Assembly (NCBI RefSeq): GCF_030684315.1
Contig: NC_081362.1
Coordinates: 41,877,744 to 41,941,743 of the forward strand
Source: Stegostoma tigrinum
Taxonomy: Eukaryota
Direction: 5' to 3'
DNA: 64,000 bases
In this document: piece by piece, positions 1 to 12,440 of the stretch
Layout of the letters: every line of letters begins with the position of its first letter
Position numbering within the stretch: the first letter of the stretch is position 1
Program-made: the position numbers and the translations under genes
Notes under the pieces: model-generated
Databases searched by the model: none
Seen by the model: only the letters and a program-made list of their open reading frames with translations
Told to the model about the DNA's origin: nothing

Positions 1-59
1 AGACCACCCAGTTAATTTTGTGAGCACCCTCTGCCTTCAGTTATGCCATCAGGAGCCAT

Positions 60-360
60 ATATCGCCACCAAAAGCAATACCAGGTTGGGTGGTCATCTG
101 CTTGGTCAAAGGAGAACAACATTTCAAGGACCATCTTAAAGGAGAAAAGAAATGTTGAGAGCTGGAGAGATTTAGGGAGGAAATTCTGGAGTTTTGAGCC
201 TTCACAGCCAAAATCAGTGATGAGTTGATTAAAATTAGGAATGCTCAAGGGGCCACAATTAGATCAGAGTACAGATACTTTGGGTGCTATGGGGCTGGAG
301 GAGGTTACAAAAATAAAGAAGACCAGAGCCATGCAGGGATTATAAATAAGGGTTTAAATT
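60..360 (-). mobile_element. Decayed L2-like LINE 3' fragment
   Basis: CATCTTAAAGGAG...GAGATTTAGGGAGGAAATTC...GGGGCTGGAGGAGGTTACA resembles the antisense 3' end of fish/shark L2 elements; a related decayed copy lies at ~13915-14140. Recognised by eye. Confidence 0.4.
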
Positions 361-579
361 GCTAACTGGCAAAAAAGTGTTAGAACAGAACTCAGATTAC
401 CTTGCCAAGTTGGAACTGTGATTTGAAAACTATCACAGCCAGGAAAAGAAGTTACAAAACAAAAATGAACAATGAGGAGAAAAAAAAGTCAAGAAAATTA
501 ACTTACACAAAATATTTGTTTCAAAGTTATGATTTGATTTGTGTTAATAATTTTAAAGAAAAACAATTCATAAAATTGG

Positions 580-822
580 GTAACTGTGCGGAGTTTGCAC
601 ATTCTCCCCGTGTCTGCGTGGGTTTCCTCTGGGTGCTCTGGTTTCCTCCCACAGTCCAAAGATGTGCAGGCTAGGTGGATTGGCTATGCTAAATTGCCCA
701 TAGTGTTCAGGGGTGTGTGGGTTATAGGGGGATGGGTCTGGGTGGGATGCTCCACAGGGCGGTGTGGACTTGTTGGGCCGAAGGGCCTGTTTCCACACTG
801 TAGGGAATCTAATCTAATCTAA
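580..822 (+). mobile_element. HE1-type SINE (V-SINE superfamily), 5'-truncated
   Basis: Core GGAGTTTGCACATTCTCCCCGTGTCTGCGTGGGTTTCCTCTGGGTGCTCTGGTTTCCTCCCACAGTCCAAAGATGTGCAGG, CR1-like 3' end GGGCCGAAGGGCCTGTTTCCACACTGTA, and (AATCT)n tail. Confidence 0.85.
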
Positions 823-1634
823 TTTTTGTGTGAAATAGATTATAAATGCAAGCAATGATTCATAATCGTGATTTTGTTACCAGTAGAATTTGGTGGTGAT
901 CTTGAAGAGTAAAAACAAATGAAATAAATAGTGTCCTCCTCACTTTGTGGAATGCATGTGGCTCAGAAAGAGCATTTGAGTTTTAACTTTATTGTGAATT
1001 GTAAATGAAAATGTATTCCCCTCAGGTACTGCAGCCACACAGATAAATAAATCAGTTGAAAGTTTCAGAAATTAATTTATTATCCCTGTACTTCTGATTG
1101 TTGTGATATAATAATTTGAAATAATATTATAAGATAATTAAACACGTACAAAATGCACAATGTACAAGCAGTAATGTATTTAAGGAAATACTGGAGCGCA
1201 ATTGCCTGCTATCTCTACAGGTGGCTCAATTCCCAAGTCACCTTTCTGACTCAGATTGACACTGTCTTTAATAACCAGTAGTTGAAGTTATCAGTTTTAT
1301 TTCATTTGCTTCATATTAATGATTCTTTTCCCCATCCATTCAGATGGAATACAATTGTTGCTTCTTTTTCACAACTGACTAATAATCAGAATTAATTACT
1401 ATAGTGTTTTCTTGTAAATTATAAGTTTTACGAATAACTATTTCTTCAAAGACTTTTATTTGAATTTGTACATACATACTACAGTGTGTGTATATTATGA
1501 ATCCCCTTCATAAAGTGCCCCTTCTCCTTTGTCCGACTTGATGGAGGAACCCTTAATATTGCACTTTTCTGTGCACCTGCTCATTGGAAATGGTGACAAT
1601 TTCAAAAAAACTGCCAAAACTATTCATCAAACAT

Positions 1635-1990
1635 GGGCAGCATGGCAGCTCAGTGGTTAGCACTGTTGCCTCACAGGGCCAGGGACCTGGGTCTGATTCC
1701 AGCCTTGGGTGACTGTCTGTGTGGAGTTTGCACATTCTCCCCGGGTCTGTGTGGATTTCCTCTGGGTGCTTTGGTTTTCTCCCACAGTCCAGTGATGTGC
1801 AGGTTAGGTGGATTGGCCGTGCTAAATTGCCCATAGTGCCAAGGAATGTGTAACCTAGGTGGAATAGCCAGGGGAAATGCAGGGTTACAGGAATAGGGTA
1901 TGGGAGGGTGGGTCTGAGTGGGATGCCTTCAGAGGATCGGTGTGGATACAATGGGCAAAATAGCTTGTTTGCACACTGTCAGGATTCTGT
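1635..1990 (+). mobile_element. HE1-type SINE, full length
   Basis: tRNA-like head (GCTCAGTGGTTAGCACTGTTGCCTCACAG...GATTCCAG) followed by the same core and tail as the 580-822 copy. Confidence 0.85.
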
Positions 1991-3158
1991 GAACCTTCTG
2001 TTGAAGTGAAATGAATGGCTTGCTCTCTGTTGTCATAGTCTGTTCAGATCTTGTTCTAAAGACAACTACTGACGTGCAGCCAATGTAGCCTTCCTTGCTG
2101 GGGAGCTACCAGACAAGGTATTATTTTTCCTTAATACCTATAAATGCCATATATAGCACTCTGCAGTCATGGTTCATTTTTGGTCAGCTGTATGTCCAGC
2201 ATCTTACATTAGAAACTTTAACATTTTGTCATGATCCAGATTGATGTTATTACAAGCACGGAATCTGACTTGATAGGGTATTTATGTTTTTTTTAATTTT
2301 AACATGGAGGTCACTCACTGAAACATAGGCACACAAGGCTGCAAATTTTCTTTAACAATAAAACACTTGTTTATTAAGCAAATAAAATGAAACAAATCAA
2401 ATTTTCCAAATTTAGAACACAATTTTAAAGATCTTAAAACAGACAGCAGAACAAAGCCTCATCTATTCCTCAACATCAACACTTTACAGCGATTGCAATC
2501 CTTCTTTAGCAAATCTTTAGGTTTGACTTATCTGTTTCCCCTCAGTTTGGATGAGTGAACTGTGAAGTCTTCTTACCAGAATACACATGAAACTGAAAGT
2601 TTATACTTTCTCAATCTTTTATTAAGCTGCCAACATCTAACCAAATTCTTCTGATCTGGAAGTTTTCACAAGCTAATTGTTTGCACAAAGATTCTTTCCC
2701 TGAACTGTCCCATATTCCGTTCTAGGATAGAAACTCTATTTGCTTCTGATCCCAGTTAGGTCTCCTCCAAAGGTATCTTAAAAACTTTGAATCTCTGGGT
2801 TTTCTATGTTAAAATCAATACTTGATTATTCTAAACCAGAAGCAAACTAATGTGTTTGATGTCTGCATTCCTTTTCTAAAATCCCACAGTATAAACAAGC
2901 TTCCATGAACTGTTCAGAATTTGCTGTCATCTGTTCTCTGACCTATTTTATAAAGCCCTCACAAAAGTAAACAACACTTTACATAGCTTGAAATCAAAAG
3001 TCGAAGGATGATATTTACACACATATATATAATATATCTGAGATAAATCCTACATCATTTAGCACAATTGAAACAGGCGTAGAGCAGATGCAAACTAAGC
3101 CATAATGCAATGTTCATGGAATGAATGCCGATTTCACAGAATCAGGAATTTCTTCTCT

Positions 3159-3309
3159 GAGTTAATGTTTCAGGTCCAGTGACCCTTCCTTAGTTCTGAT
3201 ATGTTAACCCTGTTTTCTCCTCCACAGGTGCTGCCAGGCCTGCTGAGCTTTTCCAGCAACTTTGTTTTTTCTTCCTGATTTACAGTATCCGCAGTTCTTT
3301 TGGTTTTTA
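3159..3309. mobile_element. Penelope-derived inverted-repeat mini-element with degenerate hammerhead core
   Basis: Minus strand reads CTAAGGA-AGGGTC-ACTG-GACCT-GAAAC-ATT-AACTC; plus arm CCACAGGTGCTGCCAGGCCTGCTGAGCTTTTCCAGC...TTTTGGTTTTTA; flanked by the 8-bp direct repeat TCTTCTCT (3151-3158 and 3310-3317). Confidence 0.7.
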
Positions 3310-4329
3310 TCTTCTCTTAGCACTGTTCCCAATAGCCCAGAGATCAGCAATTTAAATGTTCCATTGCAGTACCCCTCCACCTCCAACTTGATTTGTTAGT
3401 TGACCAGAGCGAGAGACGAAGTGGAGTGTAAGTTCTAGGAGAATGGGTTAGGAAAGGGGGAGGGTGAAGCCTAGGGACTTTATGGTAGCTAAGATTCTTT
3501 CGATTGATGGGTAAATGGGGAACCAGGGAATGGAAAACAAACATTCTTACTGGAATAACCAAGGATAAAGGCCAAAGGAAGGTATGTGACCTGACTATAA
3601 TTTGTTTATGGGACTCTTCACCTCATGTGGGTAATGAGTTTGAGTCTAGAGGTAATTTACAAAGGGAATGGGCAATTTTTTCTGAAGGAGGATGCATGAG
3701 TGAATGAGGTTATGATGTGAGAGCCAGCATCAGGATTGATGAACTTCTCCTATCCTGAAATTTCTATAATTATATGAAGGCCCTCATTAATTGAGTCTAA
3801 CCTAAAGGAGGTGTTTGGGAACATTTTTGCTGAACTCAGTTCAGAATGATGTGCCCTCTGAGAATCCCTCAACCTTTCCCCCCCTGTCCTTTGTGCAAAC
3901 ACTTTGTTTGCATCACATCACCACGTAGTGTCACTGGTCTTTATATGTGAAATCCAGGTACTAGCAAAGGGGGAGTTCAGCTCTGACTGATGTAGCTAAT
4001 GCAAAATTGTCACCTTCAAATGAGCTGGACTCCACTGCAGAATCCAAGGTAGTAATAGAGATCATGCCCTTTGAAAGTCCCAGCAGTTGTCAAGCCTGAC
4101 TGCATCTTGTGGAGTGCAGAGGCAATGGTTTCAGTGTAAATATTAATGGTTGTAGTTGGAGTTGCCCAAAATCTCACCTGTTTGTAATAGTGTTGCTACA
4201 GTGTAAATGTTATAATGGAATGAGAGAGTATTCTGTTGTGTTACAGTTGTTATTTATCAATGTAATTTCAGTGTATTGCCACTGGTTACTAATGGAATCA
4301 CATTCTTCTTACTCCTAGCATTTACTCAA

Positions 4330-4740
4330 CCAATCTCTTTCCCAACTTCATTTTCACTCTCCAGGACATCCAGTTCCCTTAGCTTCTATCCTCTGTTTCC
4401 TCGCTTCCTTATCCTCAGTTTCTCTTTTTGCGTTCTTCATCCTTCCTCCCCTCGTCCTCACCTTTGGTTTCCCCACTTCCCCGCCCATAAAATCTTCTTT
4501 TCCCACCTTTCATTTCCTCTCTTGCCCCTCTTCCCTACGCTTAGTTTCCTCTCTTCTCACCCTGATTCCCCTTTCCTACTCTCAGTTTCCTCTCTTCCCT
4601 CTCCTCTATTTACCCTTTTCCATTGGCTCCTCCTCTGCTTGGCATCAGATTCTCCTCTTCTTCTGATTTTTTCTTCCACAGTCTTGATTCCCCTCTTGTT
4701 TATGCTGAGTTTCCCCTTCCTCAGTGCTGCCTCCTCCTGC
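4330..4740. repeat. CT-rich low-complexity tract
   Basis: Strongly pyrimidine-biased + strand; explains the F/L/S/P-rich ORF 4276..4770. Confidence 0.8.
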
Positions 4741-4749
4741 AGATTCAGT

Positions 4750-5755
4750 TTAGAGCTAGGGAGGGGATAGGTCAGTCCAGGGAGGACGGAAAGTCAAGGG
4801 GGCAGGATGAGGTAAGTAGGTGGGAGATGGGGGTGGGACTTGAGGTGTGAGGAGGGGATAGGTGGGAGGAAGGACAGGTTAGGGAGGCGGGGATGAACTG
4901 GGCTGGTTTTAGGATGTGGTAGGGGGAGGGGAGATTTTGAAGCTTGTGAAGCCCACATTGATACCATTGAACTGCAGGGTTCCCAAGCGGAATATGAGTT
5001 GCTGTTCCTTCAACCTTCGGGAGGCATCATTGTGGCACTGCAGGAGGCCCAGATGGACTTGTCATCTGAGGAATGGGAGGGGGAGTTGAAATGGTTCGCG
5101 ACTGGGAGGTGCAGTTGTTTATTGCAAACCAAGTGGAGGTGTTTTATAAAGTGGTCCCCAAGCCTCCGCTTAGTTGCCCTGATGTGGAGGAGGCCACAAC
5201 GTCAACAACGGATGCAGTATGCCACATTAGTAGATGTGCAGGTGAACATCTGCTTGATGTTGAAAGTCATCTTGGGGCCTGGGATGGAGGTGAGGGGGGA
5301 GGGGTAGGGGCAGTTGTAGCAGTTCCTATGGTTGCAGGGAAAAGTGCTGGGTGTGGTGGGGCTGGAGGGGAATGCGGAACGGACAAGGGAGTCATGGAGA
5401 GAGTTGTCGCTCCAGAAAGCAGATGAGGGTGGGAAAGTAAAATGTCTTTGGTGGTGAGGTCTGACACCCTTGACCTGTCCGTCCTCCCTGGACTGACCTA
5501 TCTCCTCCTTAACTCCCCATCTACACTCACCTTTACTGGGTCCATCCCTGCCTCTTTGACCTGTCTCTCTCCTCTCCACCTATCTTCTCCTCTATCCATC
5601 TTCTATCTGCCTTCCCCTCTCTCCCTATTTATTTCAGATCCCCCTTCTCCTCCCCCATTTCTGTAGAAGGGTCTAGGCCCAAAACGTCAGCCTTCCTGCT
5701 CCTCTGATGCTGCTTGGCCTGCTAAATTCATCCAGCTCTGCACCTTGTTATCTCT
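4750..5755 (-). mobile_element. Penelope-like element: GIY-YIG endonuclease fragment plus inverted terminal repeat
   Basis: Minus-strand translation SLHDSLVRS...TFPCNHRNCYNCP...KQMFTCTSTNVAYCIRC*RCGLLHI...TKRRLGDHF...LPVANHFNSPSHS matches the PLE Cys-linker/GIY-YIG region. At ~5460 the element inverts: 5465-5510 is the reverse complement of ~4760-4805 and continues into the terminal repeat ending ACCTTGTTATCTC. Confidence 0.85.
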
Positions 5756-6081
5756 GCCTAACTGGGCTGCCTGATTAACTGTGGCTGTAAACCTACTGTT
5801 TCGCCAAAGTCTGCCCACCATCTACAAGGCACAGTGGTAGTGTGGAATATTTTCTCTTTGCCTGAATTAGTGCAGCTGTAATGTTTGTCAGATTTGACAC
5901 AATATTTAACATCCACTTGTGCCATTGAAACATTCTAAAGCAACTTCAGGTTAACTGTTCACCTGAAGGGCTGTACTTCTACCATTGCATTCATGTTTTA
6001 ACCCAAAATCCTCTGAATACAGCCAAGAGGCCTGAATCACATTGCAGTGTTAGTTGGCTAATGGGAAATTTGTGAAGCACA

Positions 6082-7213
6082 CATGTTACAGAGATGTTTC
6101 TGGTGGATATTTCTACTTTGTTGTGCTGTTGAGGATGTCACCAAATCTAGGAAGCTTTGAAGCTCAGAGGGATGTTTTGATTTGATTGTGGAGAGCGGGA
6201 GTGGGAAGTGTTGGGAACAAACTTGTCTAATCATCTGATCATTTTGTTAGCATTTTCAAAAATAGATTGACTGAGAATCTGCCACCCAAGCTTATCTTGG
6301 AACATCATTGATAGAATGTGATTGTTAGATTGTTTTGGGTAAAAAGCAGAAAAGTTTTGCGTAACAGAAGAATAGGAAAAAATTTAGAAATTTACATGGT
6401 AGGGTCCCAATCAAATTAGTTACTTTACCTAATTTTTTATGGGGAACATACTTCTGCTGCTTTTGCATAAATAGGCCGTTCCTTGAATGGTATGGGTGGT
6501 GCTGGATGGCGGAACTGGGTTTTCTTCTGTTATGCAGGGAGCATGTCCCTTTCTGACATCAAAGCACAACTACAAGGATACCAGGTGTTATGTTATGTGT
6601 CGCTTTGTATGCATTTCGAAGTTTCAGAATCTCAAAACAACCTCTATGCTTGCAAGCCAAAACCCTATAACAGCTGGAAACCAGATGAGAGGTGGCCCCT
6701 GCAAGTTGAACACTTTAATTTCCTCTAAGTTGACCATCCTAGATGGTTTTGGAGCTAATGGAACATCAGGGAGGAGGGCAGGCTGAAGTCAGAGGATTCC
6801 CTGAGGGTGTAGATGTGGTATCTTGCCTATCCACTTATTTTTCCATTCCTTTCTCACTCACTGCTATGCCAACAGCGTAGGATTGTGCACAAAACAATGT
6901 GGCACAAATCACATTGTTAAATAAGTATGCTTGACCTGGCAGTGACTGTGGAGGAAGACAATGCTAGAATCTGCGCAGTTGCACATATTACTTGAACTGA
7001 AATACAGTCTGATTTGGAGCACATGGCGAATTCAGAGGCATGAGAATTAGATTCCCAAGTAACAGATGTCCTTTGGCCAGTACTTGTGTCTCATTTGGGT
7101 GGCTGAAGTGCAGAGAGAAGCTATTTTTGAAAAGAAGGTAACAGTGGGCATGTCTTGAGGAAAGAGTGTTTTTCATGTTCCAGAGATGTTTCCGGTGGAT
7201 ATTTCTACTTTGT
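6082..7213. repeat. 40-bp direct repeat pair, 1092 bp apart
   Basis: CATGTTaCAGAGATGTTTCtGGTGGATATTTCTACTTTGT (6082-6121) vs CATGTTcCAGAGATGTTTCcGGTGGATATTTCTACTTTGT (7174-7213); 38/40 identical. Confidence 0.85.
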
Positions 7214-7879
7214 CAAGAGCTTATTTTCCTGAAGGATTGGCTGATTGTGTTAGGTATGTAGTGTCAAAAGAGCTGTAAATTGAGATAGTGATTTGTCAAC
7301 ATCACAAATCAAAGACAATCTATAACAATTAGAGTGCCTCATAACTTCACATTTAATTTTAAAACAATTTCTGATAATAAAAAACAGCCCTCAATATTGA
7401 GACAGGCATATAATGTTTATTACTTCTCTTCCTACTTCAGATTGTAGCACTTGTTGACTAATTCTTGGTTCTGATGCCAAATTTTGTTGTTTCGATTCTT
7501 TTAATGAGATTTATTTTTGTTTAGTGCCAAAAGCCACTCCTATAACAAAGTGAACCTTGTTCCCTAGAGGTCCTTTACACATCCAATATCCGGTAATGCA
7601 GTGAGGTCAATGGAAACCCTTTAACCATTTTTGACTTACTGAATATATTACAAGCTCTCATATGATCTTCCAAATTTTGGAAAATAGCAGAAGATTACTT
7701 TATCAAGCTATGATTTTGACTATAAATAACCTTAAATAAAGATTTATAATATCACTCTGACTGTGAAGCTCGACAAGGTTTTCCAGCAGTCCTGGGGAGG
7801 ATGTTGTGTGGTTAACCCATTCCAGTCACTTCAGATGCAGGCAGCACAGAAATCTAACCTCAAAAGCCTGGACAGTGCT

Positions 7880-9410
7880 GAAGAAAGTTTAATGTGGGAC
7901 ATGCTCTCCAAAATGGACTCTGGCGAGGGAATCAGCCCAATAAGTGCAGCCTCAATCAACAGGTGGGAATCAAAAAGTTTCCTGATCAGATCTGGAGCCA
8001 GGCAGAGCTACGCATTCTATCCTGCCTTATTTGTGTGCTGTAGAGAGCCTTTTGCTGAGTTCATCAGGAAGAATGTGAGCTTGAGAGGGGTAACTGTACA
8101 AGGTAGCAGAGGCCTGTAGATCAAAACTTCCCAGTACGTGGATGGCATCACTGTTTGCTGCTTGGACCAGCCTTCAGTATGCGGAATCATTTCTAGATGC
8201 GGCCAGTTCGAACTGGCCTCGGGAGCCAAGGTACTTTGAGGCAAGGGTGAGGGCATGTTCATTTGGGATCTGGGCTGATCAATCCTTTATTCCTTTCACC
8301 ATCAGGACAGATTACATGAAGGTACCAGGAATATGGATTGGAGGAGCCCAACTGTTTGCAAAAACTTGGGAGGAGCATTTCACCAAGGTGAGGCAGAGAC
8401 TGGATTCAAAGTTGCGAACACTCCAAATAGTTGAACCATTCCATATGTCCTTTGTGGAGAAATTTATTTAAAAAAACACCTTTGACAACAAGTTTATCAG
8501 GAAATGGTCAGCACATAGTATCCTCAAGACCCTGAGGGAACAGAAGAGAGTGGACCATGTTGCATGGTTCCTTGAGCAGACTATTAAAGCCATTTGGCAG
8601 AGTGCCTCATCACCAGCATTCAAAGAATCCCTCCAGTGTGGAAACAGGCTCTTTGGCCTAATGAGTCTGCACTGACCCTCAGAACATCCCATCCAGACCC
8701 ACACCCTATAACCCACCTAATCTACACATCCCTGAACACTACAGGCAATTTCACATGACTAATCCACCTAGCCTGCACATCTTTGGACTGTGGGAGGAAA
8801 CCAGAGCACGTGGAGGAAACCCAAGCAGACACAGGGGGAAATGTGTGAACTCCCCTTAGACAGTTGCCCAAGGGTAGAATTGAACCCGGATCCCTGGTGC
8901 TGTGAGGCAGCAGTGCTAACCACTGAGCCACTGTGTCACCTCTACAAAAGAGGACTTTCCAATAAGCACCAAGATATCACATGGCTGGTGGTCAGAAGGA
9001 CATTACCTGTGAGATCCTTTATATATGAGTGGGCTCTCTCTGTCACCATATGCTGCTGTCGAAGTGGCTGTGGAGACAGGGTAAAGAATGTCGCACATCT
9101 CCTGCTGTAATGTGCTTTTGCTAAGGAAGCCTGGATCGTGATGCAATGATTTTTGTTGAGGTTCATCCAGGGCAGTTCTGTGTCGCGGGCCTTGTGCTCT
9201 ACGATCTGTTCTTCAGGACGCACACCAAGACAAACATTGACTGCACCTGGAGGACCATCAGCTCAATGAAAGATGCTGTTTGGCCTTTGGTCCAAAACTT
9301 GTTGATCTTTCAGCGCAAGGAATTGACCTTGACCGAATGTTGCAGATTGGCACATTCCAAGGTCCAGAACTACAGGCTGAGGCATGCACTGAAGATTGGG
9401 GCTTTTTCAC
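7880..9410 (+). mobile_element. Decayed Tx1/L1-clade LINE ORF2 fragment, interrupted by a SINE
   Basis: INRWESKSFLIRSGARQSYAFYPALFVCCREPFAEFIRKN...IKTSQYVDG (degenerate SGVRQGCPLSP and YMDD motifs); C-terminal Cys-rich CCRSGCG...VAHLLL*C; multiple stops and frameshifts. Confidence 0.75.
8624..8940 (-). mobile_element. HE1-type SINE nested in the Tx1 LINE
   Basis: Reverse complement of HE1 head (GTGGCTCAGTGGTTAGCACTGCTGCCTCACAGCACCAGGGATCCGGGTTCAATTC), core and tail. Confidence 0.85.
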
Positions 9411-10184
9411 AGAGCATTTGAGAGTTAATCATATTAACATGGGGCGGGAGCAACATGCAGGTTGGGCTGGGTAAGGATGTCAGACTTTAATTTCTAAATC
9501 ATTTCTCATGACCCAGACAGGGTTTTACAAAATCAGTTATAGATTTATGGCACCAAAACCACAATGATAACCAAATCAATTCCATATTTTTATCAATTGA
9601 GTTTAAATACTACAAGCTATTGTGCATTAATCAGAATTTCTGGAATACTAGACCAATGGCATTAGCACTATGCTGCAATCTCCTCTGGCTGTTGATGAAG
9701 ACTCTGATGAAGACTATTTTTACCAAATGAACTGATTGCAGAACAAAGCAAGTCACAGCAACAAAATTCTCAATTGAAGCACATCCATCTTTAATGGGTT
9801 TGACAAATACAATGTAGTGATGCTGGAACTCTTTCCTCTCTCTTTATTTGAATTTGAAAGCTATGGATCTTGTTCATTGAAAATTGTGTATCTCAACTTG
9901 ATTGCTAGTGGAAACAGTAATTAAAATTTAAGTGACTGTTGGTTTCTTACACATTGTCATTAAAATACCTGAGCTTACTTATTACAACTGTGAGCAAAAC
10001 TCCCTCTTCAGCACAGAATTATGCAATACCTATTATGTTTGTTTCATATTTCACATTTTCTTTCACAATGTAATACATTCCAACACAATGGCCTGAGGTT
10101 TTTTTTGGTAGGTTTGGTTTGTAGTTAGGTTTGAGTAGTTAGTAACATTGGATAGAAACTAATGCTGATTCCCATTGAGGTTTG

Positions 10185-10392
10185 TCTAGCTCAGTTGGTT
10201 GCTTGGCTAGAGTGTGATGCAGAATGATAGGGGTTCAACTGCCATTCCACCAATGGTCATTCATGGAGGTCCCTCTCCTTGCCTTGATCCATGCTCATGG
10301 AATGATGCCCGTCAAGCTATAGAAAAGCAATAGTCTCTCACTAATAGAGGGAGTCGCCTATGGTCTTTTGTTGACCATGGCTAGTTACTATA
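10185..10392 (+). mobile_element. Possible old tRNA-derived SINE
   Basis: TAGCTCAGTTGG (A-box-like) and GGGTTCAACTGCC (B-box-like) at the 5' end; family not identified. Confidence 0.3.
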
Positions 10393-10889
10393 CCGACTGC
10401 TGCTCCTGGGAGCAGGAAATGAGGTTGGCAGGGGAAACTTAATTGGATGGAGGTGGAAAGTCTGCTTCCTGACATTGGGATTGAAGTTGCGGATTGGAGG
10501 CAGTTCAGGGCTCCCAGCGGCAAGCTGCAGGAATCTACTTATCATGCAAACTCATTAAAACATGTATTCACTGGATTAAATGGTACTTTTGTGATTAAGT
10601 TGGCAACAAATGAGAAACACATACTTTCAGATTCCTAATTGGTTGCAGCAAGTGAGCTAGCTTTCTTGGTGGATTTGAACTGACAGGAGCAGCTGTATTC
10701 ATAAGGGGTGCTGTTTTAGATTAGGGCTGAAAATGTTGAGCTTGTAAGCTTTCTGTCTGCAGAGGTTAGGCCAGGGCTGACCATAGAAAGAAGAGCACAG
10801 ATTGTCCAGGGAGTTCAGGGTATGGCTGTCTTTTGAAATGTGGGCTGACAGAAGGATTGAATGTCATAAGGAAGCACACTGTGAAACCA

Positions 10890-12440
10890 GAACTCCAAAC
10901 AGAAAATGCTGGAAATACTCAGCAGGTTAGGCAGCATCTGTGGAGTGGGAAACAAGATTGTCATGTCAGGTCGATGAACTAGAAGACAGGAGAGATCAAT
11001 TGACACAAAGTTAGTCTTCCAGGGCCAAAGAGAATATAATTGGGTGAAGACAGTAAAGAATCAAAAGACATGCTTTGTGAGTCATTATGTGAAAGTAAAA
11101 TATGAGGAAAGAAACAAAATATCTGAAGATAAAATAAAGAAAATAGACAGGCAGAATTTACAGCCTGAAACTGTGGAACTCAACATTGAGTCTGGAAGGC
11201 TGCAACACAGTGCTTCCCAAAGGTTTTGCTCTCCTGGCCCCTGTTTTGGTGCTTCCAAAGGTTGCCGAGACTCTAGATCTGTGAGAGCTGGTGGTGGGAT
11301 TGAGAGACCTGTAAAAGTGACAGGGAAGAAAGCTGTTGAATCCACAAGGTTTTTAAGGAAAAGGTACCCACCTTCTGAAAAAGATGTTTTGCTCAGCACT
11401 CATGCCTATACGATTGAGTAGTTAGGGCAGACTGCTATTATAAAGCTGAGTTTTAAAGGAGCCATGCAGCAGGTTGCATGTGGTCAGAGGCCCACAGTAG
11501 CCATTGCTTGGAGGTTATGACCCCAAACTGTGGCTGTCCACTTCATTGAGTTTCACAATCCAAGGTTTGGGACCCATCCCCTGCTGTAAGATCGCTAAGC
11601 AAAAAATGAAATTCTGATCCTCAAGCTAACAGTGAGCTTCACAGGAACAGTGCAGTGGGCCAAGGACATATCAATGTGAGAGCAGAGTGGAGAGTTAAAT
11701 TGACAGGGGTCCTGGAGGATTTGGGTTATGCTTGCAGACTGAATTAAGGTGTTCTGCAAAAAGGTCATCCAATTTGCTTTCAGAGTCCCTGGTACAGAGG
11801 GGATCACATTGTGAGCAGCTAAAACGGTGTGATAACTTGAACAAAATACATGTAAATCGCTACCTCAATTGGAAGTAGTGTTTGGGCATTGGAAAAGGAA
11901 GACAGAGCAAGTAGAAGGGCATGTGTTGCACCTTCTGTGATTGCATTGAAAGGTGCTGTGGGAAGGCAGGGCTGTTAGTGGCTTGGCCAGGATATTATTG
12001 AAGGAAAAGTCCTTTGGAATGCTGAAAGGGGAGGAAAGTGAAGATGTGTTTGGTGACCGCAATGCATTGGAGGTGATGGGAATAGTGGAAAATGATTTGT
12101 TGAACAGAATATCAAGGCTAAATGAGCAGAAAGTACCCACATGGTTTCTGGGAGGGAAGGGAAAGTGTGACAGTAGAAGTGGAAATGTGAAGGACATTGT
12201 TGAAGGTCCTGATGTGACCATGGTAGTGGAAGGAGAGAGAGTGTCTTTGGTTGAGGAGAAAATCAGATCTGTCAGAAATGCTGTTTGGAAGGTCATATCA
12301 TCGGAACAGATGCATAGAAAGTGGGGGCACTGACTGAATGGAATAGAGTCTCTACAGGGTGTAGGGTGTGAGGAAGTGCAGATAATCTGGCTGTGGTAGT
12401 CAGTGGGCTTATAGTAAATGTTGGTTGATAGCTAAGATGA
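10890..12440 (-). mobile_element. Old Penelope-like element remnants
   Basis: Terminal repeat AAACAGAAAATGCTGGAAATACTCAGCAGGTTAGGCAGCATCTG at ~10897-10940; minus translation HSTFQCNHRRCNTCP at ~11920-11960 is homologous to the PLE at 4750-5755. Confidence 0.65.

Noticed and set aside
1635-1710. tRNA gene (also at the other HE1 heads)
   Set aside because: The tRNA-like head runs straight into the SINE core and tail and recurs as diverged dispersed copies.
2228-3000. Possible solo LTR (also ~22342-22412 joined to ~30520-30850)
   Set aside because: TG-like start and antisense AATAAA/TATA-like motifs are suggestive, but I could not fix the other end or a TSD.
4276-4770. 164-aa membrane-protein-like ORF
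   Set aside because: Product of a CT-rich low-complexity tract that lacks stops by composition.
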